A stretch of DNA of 60,053 nucleotides, the filler included, from Candidatus Babelota bacterium (GTDB lineage: Bacteria; JAGOBX01): the NCBI GenBank assembly GCA_017999075.1. It is 7 parts of 7 records of this genome, joined end to end, with 100 filler letters (N's around TTAATTAATTAA, not from the genome) between each part and the next. Parts side by side here need not be neighbours in the genome. Positions count along the whole stretch, not along the records: positions 43,241 to 51,618 come from JAGOBX010000136.1; 6 more parts are not named here. One strand, given 5' to 3'. The notes under the pieces are model-generated. The model searched no databases and was not told the DNA's origin. It worked only from the letters and a program-made list of their open reading frames with translations. Each line of letters begins with the position of its first letter. The stretch's first letter is position 1. Of the stretch, positions 43,582-51,718 are shown in pieces. A program made the position numbers and the translations under genes.

Positions 43582-43749
43582 ATGTTAAATACTACACATT
43601 CAAATAATATTATTTCATTAGAGTCTTTAATCTTTCAACACAATCAAATAAAAAAAGCGGATATGACAGGTTATGAAAAACTTGATAATATTTTAACTAA
43701 CATAGAGAAAAGTGATTTATACATTTACAGAAGAAATTGGTTTATATAA
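43582..43749 (+). CDS. small hypothetical protein (55 aa)
   Basis: AGGAGG RBS 7 nt before ATG; below the ORF-track cutoff. Confidence 0.45.
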   Translation: MLNTTHSNNIISLESLIFQHNQIKKADMTGYEKLDNILTNIEKSDLYIYRRNWFI

Positions 43750-43783
43750 AGAATTATAAAATTTAATTTAATGAATTGAGAGC

Positions 43784-44362
43784 GTGGTATTAATGAAATC
43801 TATAGAATCGAATTTAACTCGATTGTTAAATTATATGACAAACCATAATACTGGTGTAATTACCGCTTTTCGTTCTGAGTATTCTTATAGAGAGAATTTA
43901 CAAAGAAATAGGAGTTTATTATCCAAACTATTTTATTCGCGATATTCGGTAACCGCAGTAAGAGGCGTTTATATTGAAAATTTTGCTACTAATGATGCCA
44001 AAGAAATATCAGCGACAATATTCTTTGTAACTGATATTAAACATAAAAAAACATTAGAAAAAGATTTGCGTAAACTTGGCGAAGAATTTGAACCGGATTC
44101 TATTCTCTTTATCCCATCACCAGGTAATAGAGCATATTTATGGGGTACTAATCAAAGTCAATATCCTGGTTATGGTAAAGTCAAAAAATTCTCACAGCTT
44201 AATATTAACAGTTTTGATGAGTTTATGACTAAAATACAGGGTAGCCCTTTCATATTTGAATCTATTAAGGAACATATTCCTACACCAACCGGATTTTTTG
44301 GTAGATGGTCAGTTAGTCATTATGCTAAACAAAATTGGAGAGATATGGAAGATATTGAATAA
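43784..44362 (+). CDS. hypothetical protein, phage-like
   Basis: 192-aa ORF; GVITAFR..YSYRENLQRNRSL...VRGVYIEN...EFEPDSILF. Confidence 0.65.
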   Translation: MVLMKSIESNLTRLLNYMTNHNTGVITAFRSEYSYRENLQRNRSLLSKLFYSRYSVTAVRGVYIENFATNDAKEISATIFFVTDIKHKKTLEKDLRKLGEEFEPDSILFIPSPGNRAYLWGTNQSQYPGYGKVKKFSQLNINSFDEFMTKIQGSPFIFESIKEHIPTPTGFFGRWSVSHYAKQNWRDMEDIE

Positions 44363-44655
44363 TTTTTTTTCATACTAACTATTGTAGCGTATAATAAATA
44401 AATTGACGAAATAATTTTTAAATTGTATTAGTGGTTTTATATATGTAACAAAATTATCCAATACATATAAAAAACCCTTATATTTTTCACATACCGCTAC
44501 GCTATCGGTATTTTAGTGGTTCTTTATTTCCAGCGGTTTTTTCAAACCGCTGGTTACAAACATTAAACACCTGCGGCACAATGATTTAAAAAGAATCGGC
44601 GATATTGATTTAGATATAAAATTCGGATTTTTCGAGTGGTGTTATTAGACAGCCC

Positions 44656-44682
44656 CGTGGTAAAAGCACAAGTTACACGACC
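44656..44682 (-). repeat. truncated left half of an attC-like site
   Basis: minus-strand TAACTTGTGCTTTTACC (44675-44659) is identical to 8448-8464 of site 6; lies just after the doc stop codon. Confidence 0.7.
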
Positions 44683-44690
44683 GGACTTTT

Positions 44691-45083
44691 TTAATTTCTT
44701 GATAATGATTCAAATATATCCGCTAATTTTTCTTTTGAAATATTTCCAGAACATAACTCTATTATAGTATCGTATAATACTTTATCTAAATCTAATATTC
44801 TTATACCATTCAAATCTAAAAAAACTAAAGCAGATGCTAATCCTGTTCTTTTATTTCCGTCTATAAAAGGATGATTCATACAAATATGAAAACAATACGC
44901 TGCCCCCATATGATAAATATCTTTATGAAAATATTCATTCCCAAATCCGGCAGAAGGCATTGCTATAGAAGACATGAGTAAATTTTCATTTCTAATACCA
45001 TAGTAACCACCATAATGTTCAATCTGATTTTTATAAATTAATTTAATTTCATCTATCGTTAAAAAACGAATAACGGTATTCAT
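44691..45083 (-). CDS. doc: Doc (death-on-curing, Fic-family) toxin
   Basis: HPFIDGNKRTG Fic motif; YGGYYGIRNENLLMS. Confidence 0.9.
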   Translation of the reverse strand: MNTVIRFLTIDEIKLIYKNQIEHYGGYYGIRNENLLMSSIAMPSAGFGNEYFHKDIYHMGAAYCFHICMNHPFIDGNKRTGLASALVFLDLNGIRILDLDKVLYDTIIELCSGNISKEKLADIFESLSRN

Positions 45084-45088
45084 AAAAA

Positions 45089-45316
45089 TTATTGTCCCAA
45101 TTTTTGCAAAGTATCTGAATGATTTATATTAACTTTATTTAATGATTCCATTATATCATTATACTGATTTTCAGTTCTTATTGGGGAAATAATCAGATGT
45201 CTTCCGTCTGTAGAAATATCTACTGATGTAGAATAATCTAAATTTAGTGATTCAATAAATTGCTTATCTAAAACAATTGCCAAATTTTCTCCATGTTTAA
45301 CAAGATTTCTAATCAT
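45089..45316 (-). CDS. AbrB/MazE-type antitoxin
   Basis: LVKHGENLAIVLDK...VDISTDGRHLIISP; upstream of doc. Confidence 0.85.
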   Translation of the reverse strand: MIRNLVKHGENLAIVLDKQFIESLNLDYSTSVDISTDGRHLIISPIRTENQYNDIMESLNKVNINHSDTLQKLGQ

Positions 45317-45486
45317 TATAAACTCCTGTATTTTTATCCTCTAATTAGAATTATTTTTGATACAAATTTCATTGCAAAAACATTAAAATTAAAACTTATA
45401 GTTATAACTTTTCAAATAATATTTTAATTAAAATATTTATTTATAAATAATAATAAATTATAACACTTTATTTTTTATTATGCAAG

Positions 45487-45545
45487 TTTTTTTGTTTTTC
45501 TGCAACCGTTTAACCGTTTCCTGATTTAAGCGTATTATTAAATAT
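45487..45545 (+). repeat. direct repeat copy 1 (of 47061-47111)
   Basis: TTTTTTTGTTTTTCTGCAACCGTTT[AACCGTTT]CCTGATTTAAGCGTATTATTAAATAT. Confidence 0.8.
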
Positions 45546-45567
45546 AAATGACAATGATTTAAATAGC

Positions 45568-45662
45568 ATGGCGGCTATATAGACACAGCCGTCGGCGGCT
45601 GAAAGCCGCTGACTGAAAGCCGAGCCGCTTGCGGCTCGAGCGGCTGTGTCAAGATAACGGAA
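45568..45662 (-). repeat. attC-like site 7, right core degenerate
   Basis: minus strand TTCCGTTATC-TT-GACACAGCCG-c-TCG...CGA-CGGCTGTGTC-TAT[CCG missing]ATAGCC. Confidence 0.8.
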
Positions 45663-46710
45663 GTTTTTTTTCTTCAAAACTTAAAATCTTATCAATTAGT
45701 GTAACTACTTCATCTAAAATATTCGAATTTATTTTTAATTCAGAATTCTTATATTCCAAAAATGTAATAAAATACTTGTCTTCGTTAAATGACAATTTAT
45801 GTTTATTGGAAAGTTCTATTTTATCAATATATGGTAAGTTAGGAAGTGTTAAATAGGCAAATTCGCCATAAACATTGAATATGAAAGATAAATCTTCAAA
45901 TGCTTTCTTTTGTATATAGCAATAATAAGATGCGCCAGCAGCTCGCCAAGCAATAAAATTTTCTCTCTTTTTTATTTCTGATATAAATGAATACATAAAA
46001 TTAATTCTATTTCGGTCGCGGGCATATTTACTGCTTTTTATTTCTTCTCTTTTATTAGCAATATCATCTCGAATGTTAGGTGGGGGTAAAATTTGCTCAA
46101 ATCCAATCTGATAACTTTTACTATCAACCGGAAAAACTTGATATCTCCAACATTCTATTAGATAGGTCAAACTCTCTGAAGAATTATTTAAAAAATCAAC
46201 AATTGATAATGCGTTTGCAGTAAAATTTTCTCCAACAAGTACAATAATTTGAAATTCATTTACCTTTATTTCTTCTGATTGTTTTCCTAAAGTTATGTGG
46301 TCATTGATTTTTTGTTTTGCTTCATCAGCAGAATTTAATTTAATATTTTGTATATGCCCTTTCTGATAGTGAGTAAAAAACAATTGTGATATATCATTTA
46401 AATCTTTATTATAGTATTCTGAAGCATAACCTAATGCTTGTAATAATGCACCTTCATTTACAATACCTTGTTTTAATTCACAGATTACTAAATCTCCTTC
46501 ATTATCAATTCCGATCAAGTCTGACCGTTGCTCACTATTTAAAGAATCTTGCCTTGTTATCCATAAAATATTTTTTTCAAAAATATCTTTTTCGTTATTG
46601 ATTATCCATGTTTCTAAATGTTGCGGTTCATTAAACCCCTGCGAGCTTAATGAGGCACTATTAATTTTTAGAAGTTTGCGATTTTCTGTATCAATTTTAA
46701 ATAATTGCAT
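45649..46710 (-). CDS. NucS-like PD-(D/E)xK endonuclease domain protein (cassette ORF)
   Basis: EPQHLETWI, RSDLIGIDNEGDLVICELK and QALGYAS; GGAGG RBS; stop codon inside site 7. Confidence 0.75.
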   Translation of the reverse strand: MQLFKIDTENRKLLKINSASLSSQGFNEPQHLETWIINNEKDIFEKNILWITRQDSLNSEQRSDLIGIDNEGDLVICELKQGIVNEGALLQALGYASEYYNKDLNDISQLFFTHYQKGHIQNIKLNSADEAKQKINDHITLGKQSEEIKVNEFQIIVLVGENFTANALSIVDFLNNSSESLTYLIECWRYQVFPVDSKSYQIGFEQILPPPNIRDDIANKREEIKSSKYARDRNRINFMYSFISEIKKRENFIAWRAAGASYYCYIQKKAFEDLSFIFNVYGEFAYLTLPNLPYIDKIELSNKHKLSFNEDKYFITFLEYKNSELKINSNILDEVVTLIDKILSFEEKKLPLS

Positions 46711-47060
46711 GCTTTCCTCCAAAAAAAAATTTCTGCTATCTCGTATTTACGCGCAGTTACTGCTCTTTTTATGTTAAATCAGCAATAAATTAGAAGTTGA
46801 CTGCGTGTAAATCACCATCAGCCGAAAGCCATTCCAAACTATCAACTAATAATGTATTTTTAATACAATAATATTTCATAAAAATCAATTTGAAAGATCA
46901 TTTGCCAAACTTTTTATTTTTACTATTTCCTGCGTTGACACAAAAATACATCAACCAATCATAAACTTGTTCAACGCAGAATAAAAGTTCAGCAGTTAAC
47001 CGATTTAATAATTATACGCAAATTGTTTAAAAAAGTTGCAAAATATTTAATGTTTTTTAT

Positions 47061-47111
47061 TTTTTTTGTTTTTCTGCAACCGTTTCCTGATTTAAGCGTA
47101 TAATTAAATAT
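47061..47111 (+). promoter_or_regulatory. direct repeat copy 2 containing an ECF-type promoter
   Basis: TGCAAC(47075-47080)-N16-CGTA(47097-47100), upstream of the ECF sigma gene. Confidence 0.6.
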
Positions 47112-47161
47112 GAGATAAAAATTTAATTGATTAATCAAATAAAAAAAGTATAATCTAAAAT

Positions 47162-48499
47162 ATGGATTATACAAAATTAACAAACGAAGAACTTGTAAAA
47201 AAAATACAGGACAGCGGGTGCGTGAACTGTCAGAATGCGCTGTTTGAACGCTTGTTCGATTACAGCGGATATTATATACAAAACAAATATTATAATATTA
47301 ATGAATCAGAAAGAGATGACATAATCTCCGAAACAATCGCGCGTTTTTTCAATACGCTCGATAGGTTTGACCATATGAAAAGTAAAGTATTAACTTATTT
47401 TACAACCATTATGCGCAACAAATGCAACGATTATTTCAAGAAACATAAACTTGTTAAAACCGAGAGTTTGGACGCATTAATAAGCGAAAGCAGCGATGAT
47501 TCATTTATAAACTTTGCGCAAGCGGATGATTTTAATTTTGACGCGCATACGGCCTCATCAGAAATTTTTAATTCAGTATTGAATTCATTGCGCCGTCTGC
47601 AAAATTACGATTATAAAATTGCGCTGTTCCTGCGGCTGAATGTCGGTCTGGACAACCGCGAGATAGCCGAGCTTACAGGCAGGAGCGAAAACACTGTTAA
47701 AAGCGATGTATCGCGCGGTATTAAAGAGATTATTCTGATGCTTGAAGAGTATTGGGGCGAACTTGATAATGAATTGCTGGCGTTTTTCAATCATAACATA
47801 TCCGGCTTGAAACTGAACCAAAAAGATATAAACAAAATCAGTGATACATTAACAAGACAGATTCTTGAAAAACGGTTTTTAGAAAATTATGAATACCGCG
47901 CGATAGCAAAAAAATTCAATCTTAACGAGCAACAGGTATTCGAAAAAATTATCGAAGGTATTAATTATATCATTGACAAAGGTATGACGCGTAAAAATAA
48001 AATTACTATTGAATCATTAGATGCCGATAGCATTGACAGAATATTGAATTACATAACGCCGCTTAATAAAATGCTGTTTCGGCTGCCTAAAAACCGTAAT
48101 ACGCAGAATAACATTAACGAAGAAATTATTTATCTAATCGCATTATGTATTAACCGTTTTGATATGCCTGAAACAACGGCTGAATATTCGGATTTCGGTA
48201 TTTTCATCGGCAGTATGATTGAATACAATAATTACAGTTTTGACGAGTTTGCCGACAAACTGCAAATCAGCAAACTCGAACTTACATCGTATATGAACAA
48301 CCTTAAATTCCCGGATGAAAAGATTAAAACTAAGATTGCAAAATTATTTAATATTAAAGTATCGGAACTCAACTTGATTATTGAACACACAAGCGCGAAA
48401 CTTGCGATGATTGCTAAAATGAAGAAAACCTCGCGCGCAGACATTAACCATAATAAATTTAAAAACGAATTACGCAAAAAAGTTATTCGCAATGAATAA
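47162..48499 (+). CDS. ECF-type sigma factor with additional sigma4-like and XRE HTH domains
   Basis: region 2 DDIISET...TYFTTIMRNKCNDYFKK; region 4 GLDNREIAELTGRSENTVKSDVSRG; YEYRAIAKKFNLNEQQV; SFDEFADKLQISKLELTSYMN. Confidence 0.85.
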   Translation: MDYTKLTNEELVKKIQDSGCVNCQNALFERLFDYSGYYIQNKYYNINESERDDIISETIARFFNTLDRFDHMKSKVLTYFTTIMRNKCNDYFKKHKLVKTESLDALISESSDDSFINFAQADDFNFDAHTASSEIFNSVLNSLRRLQNYDYKIALFLRLNVGLDNREIAELTGRSENTVKSDVSRGIKEIILMLEEYWGELDNELLAFFNHNISGLKLNQKDINKISDTLTRQILEKRFLENYEYRAIAKKFNLNEQQVFEKIIEGINYIIDKGMTRKNKITIESLDADSIDRILNYITPLNKMLFRLPKNRNTQNNINEEIIYLIALCINRFDMPETTAEYSDFGIFIGSMIEYNNYSFDEFADKLQISKLELTSYMNNLKFPDEKIKTKIAKLFNIKVSELNLIIEHTSAKLAMIAKMKKTSRADINHNKFKNELRKKVIRNE

Positions 48500-51194
48500 T
48501 CATCATATTTCAAATACAGAATATAAGTCGGCGGAATATTATCTTCTGACTATCCCATTCAGCGCTGCCCAACAATTATTTACTCAGAATGTTGAAAAAC
48601 CGCGTAATTATTCATTAAATGACTGCGGTTTGAAATTAAAAAATTATATAATCAATTATATAAACGCTGAATTGATTATTGACAGTTTTATCATTATGCC
48701 CGAATATATTTCGCTGCTGTTGACTACAATCAAAGACAATAATGACCGCATAGAACGGTTTGAAAATAATTCCTTATCGCCGCTGCGATTTAATGAAATC
48801 ATAGAGAGAAAAATATCAGTATCAAAAAAACTGTTCAATGAATTGAAGAAATTCAAACGCCTGCTTAAAATAGAATTTCCTTTTATTACACTCTCTAAAA
48901 ATTATTATGACGCGATTATTACTGAAAAAACAAAGTGGGTATATTACAGAAAATTAATCGTGTCATTAGCAAATTTTGAAACCGCGGAAAACTATAGAAA
49001 ACTCGCGTGGCGCAACAACTGGACGCGCAACTTCGAACTTGCAGGCAAAAATTTTTATATAGCTATAGAACACTATGAAAAAATAAAAGATATACTTGAT
49101 ATTGAAAGTATGCTGATTAATTACTTGCAGGCGCGCCGCGGGTTGGCGCTCTCATTAAGTTTTCTTTTGAAGAATAATATTTCGCAAAACCATTCTGAAT
49201 ATAATCTTGAATTAATCGACAAACTGCTTATTAAATTTCCGCAATCGCGCGCTGAACTGACGCTGGAAAAATTAAAAAATATTCAGTCGCTGATAATTAC
49301 AACAAGCCAGACAAATGACGAAGCAAAATATCTCGATTATCTTGAAAAACAATTGAATACTTCAAAAGCGGCTAAGAATTATTATTATCTCGCGCTCGCA
49401 TATCAGAATTACGGACTTTATTGTTATGCAAAAAAAGATTTAAAAAGCGCGCGCAAATATTTTGAAAAAGCATATAACAGCAAGTCCATACATCCGTTAA
49501 AAAGATTGGAGATGCTGCTTTACAAGACATTAATTTTGATGGACGAAAACAAAATAAAAGAGGCAATCAATAATCTCGAATTAATTGAAAAAAAATTCAG
49601 CGCTAATGATATATTCGACCATAAAATTTATTTTAATCTCGCGTTATGCGAATACTCTAATAAAAATTATGCAATCGCGATGAATCATTTTGAAAAAGCA
49701 ATTGAGTATAATGACAGGAATATGGCGAGTATAAAAGATTTTGAAAGCCGCGCGTTATTCGCCGGCAAACGCGCGCGCTTATTTAATAAAGCAATAGAAT
49801 GCGCTGCGCGCGCATCTAAAAAAACGGAGTATATAATTAATTTGATAGACAAAGCCAAATCGCGCAGTTTCAACGAAATCATTTTTAACAAGAATAATTT
49901 ATCTGTTGAGAATATCAAAATCCCGGAATTCAAACAACTCGCTGAAACAGAAACAAAATTGACAGAAGCGCGAAACAATTATTTTTATTCCAAAACAAAA
50001 TTCACAGACAACAACGCCGCGAATAATAACAATGATGCAAATATCATACTAAAAAAAATTAAAGCATTAGAAACCAATAAAAATGAGTTGCTGATTAAAA
50101 TAAAATATAAGAATACGAATTTATATTCGCAGATTGCGCTGCCTGAAATAAATATCAACGCTATAAAAAATAATATACCTGAAAACTCGATTATTATTGA
50201 CTATTACGCGACCGAAAATATTTTGTTGATAATTTTGATAAGCGGACAATTCATAAAAATGAAAACTGTTGATATTTCACTGTCCGAATTAAACAGCGCC
50301 GCCGATAATTTCATAAACTTTATCAATAGATTCAAATATTATTCTATTGACTGCGCAAACGCGCTTACCTTAAAACAATTCAACTGGTTTGCCGGAACGC
50401 TCTATGAAATGCTTGTTAAACCAATCGAAAAAGAAATACTCGATTTTAAAAATATCATTATTTCGCCGAACAGTCATCTGCATAACATTTCATTTGCCGC
50501 GCTTATAGACGCGCGCGCCAAACTTTTAATTGAGTCATTTAATATAAGTTATATCCCGAGTTTGCGGACACTTGAAAATCTGAATATTGAAAAAAGAAAA
50601 ATTAAAGAGTGCAGAAATCTTATTATTGCTAACGCTACGAATGATTTGTATTATTCAGAAATCGAAGCCCAATACATATCCAAAAAAATGAAAACCAAAT
50701 CTTTTGTAAATAAACGCGCCACAAAAAATAATTTTTTGCGGAACGCTGATAAATTCGAGATTATACATTTCGCGTGTCACGCTGATTACAGAGCTGACGC
50801 GCCCGAATTTTCGCATATACTTTTAAGAAACGAACATAATCAATTTGTCAACCTTGAAATTAACGAAATTATAAATCTCAATTTATCGAATGTTGAACTG
50901 CTGGTATTGTCATCGTGTTTGACAGGCGTATCAAATATAATCAAAGGCGATGAACTCGTGTCATTAGCGCGCGCGTTTCTGTTTGCAGGCGTGAAATGCG
51001 TAATAGTATCTCTCTGGGAAATAGACGATAAAATCACTGCCGAACTGATGATGCGGTTTTATGATATGCTGCTGCAAACCGGCAATTCGCAATATTCGCT
51101 TAAATGCGCGCAACTGCATATAAAAGAAAAATATGTGTATCCTTACTACTGGACGGGCTTTAATGTTATAGGTTTAAATGAATTCAAAAATTAA
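48492..51194 (+). CDS. TPR-CHAT caspase-like protease with N-terminal degenerate Y1/RAYT transposase-like domain
   Basis: CHAT motifs LYEMLVKPI, IISPNSHLHNISFAAL, IIHFACHA, LVLSSCLTG, AFLFAG, VSLWEIDD and PYYWTGF; central TPRs. Confidence 0.85.
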   Translation: MNNHHISNTEYKSAEYYLLTIPFSAAQQLFTQNVEKPRNYSLNDCGLKLKNYIINYINAELIIDSFIIMPEYISLLLTTIKDNNDRIERFENNSLSPLRFNEIIERKISVSKKLFNELKKFKRLLKIEFPFITLSKNYYDAIITEKTKWVYYRKLIVSLANFETAENYRKLAWRNNWTRNFELAGKNFYIAIEHYEKIKDILDIESMLINYLQARRGLALSLSFLLKNNISQNHSEYNLELIDKLLIKFPQSRAELTLEKLKNIQSLIITTSQTNDEAKYLDYLEKQLNTSKAAKNYYYLALAYQNYGLYCYAKKDLKSARKYFEKAYNSKSIHPLKRLEMLLYKTLILMDENKIKEAINNLELIEKKFSANDIFDHKIYFNLALCEYSNKNYAIAMNHFEKAIEYNDRNMASIKDFESRALFAGKRARLFNKAIECAARASKKTEYIINLIDKAKSRSFNEIIFNKNNLSVENIKIPEFKQLAETETKLTEARNNYFYSKTKFTDNNAANNNNDANIILKKIKALETNKNELLIKIKYKNTNLYSQIALPEININAIKNNIPENSIIIDYYATENILLIILISGQFIKMKTVDISLSELNSAADNFINFINRFKYYSIDCANALTLKQFNWFAGTLYEMLVKPIEKEILDFKNIIISPNSHLHNISFAALIDARAKLLIESFNISYIPSLRTLENLNIEKRKIKECRNLIIANATNDLYYSEIEAQYISKKMKTKSFVNKRATKNNFLRNADKFEIIHFACHADYRADAPEFSHILLRNEHNQFVNLEINEIINLNLSNVELLVLSSCLTGVSNIIKGDELVSLARAFLFAGVKCVIVSLWEIDDKITAELMMRFYDMLLQTGNSQYSLKCAQLHIKEKYVYPYYWTGFNVIGLNEFKN

Positions 51195-51522
51195 AAAACA
51201 CACTGGCAGAAATTTTATGAAAAAAATAGTCCACAGAACCAGCATTGCTATTTAAATCAAAATTTTCTCACCTCAATAGCCGAGCAATCAATTTCATTTC
51301 TTATAATAATTTTATACACTTTTAAAATCATCTCATACAATTTTTCGTCAAAATTTGAAATTAAATGATTTTGGGCGAGATGGATATTCTGATGGGTACT
51401 GTATTTTTTGAATGCAAATATTATTCTTAATTTTAAATTTTTGATATATTTACTTGAAATATGACTTGATGTATTGTATGATGATATTATAAAAATTAGT
51501 AAAATGTAGTTTGAAAAATAAT

Positions 51523-51618
51523 ATGAACAAAAAACAACTTTTAGAGAAATTAAGCGGTATTGAATGGACTGATTTTGAATGTAAGGAAGCAAGGGCTGAA
51601 CTACCTAAAGATATTTGG
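51523..51618 (+). CDS. AlbA_2/Schlafen-like domain protein (partial)
   Basis: MNKKQLLEKLSGIEWTDFECKEARAELPKDIW, cut by the gap. Confidence 0.65.
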
Positions 51619-51718
51619 NNNNNNNNNNNNNNNNNNNNNNNNNNNNNNNNNNNNNNNNNNNNTTAATTAATTAANNNNNNNNNNNNNNNNNNNNNNNNNN
51701 NNNNNNNNNNNNNNNNNN

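Noticed and set aside
45629-45856. Short antisense/overlapping ORFs in the track (e.g. 45629+, 9133+, 23737+, 51257-, 6313-)
   Set aside because: They are shadows of well-supported genes or att sites, with no RBS or recognisable motifs.
48492-49010. Active IS200/RAYT transposase
   Set aside because: The HUH and catalytic Tyr positions appear substituted, and the domain is fused in frame to TPR-CHAT.
47162-51194. Type III-E CRISPR (Craspase) locus
   Set aside because: No cas genes, Csx30/31-like ORFs or CRISPR repeats on this contig.
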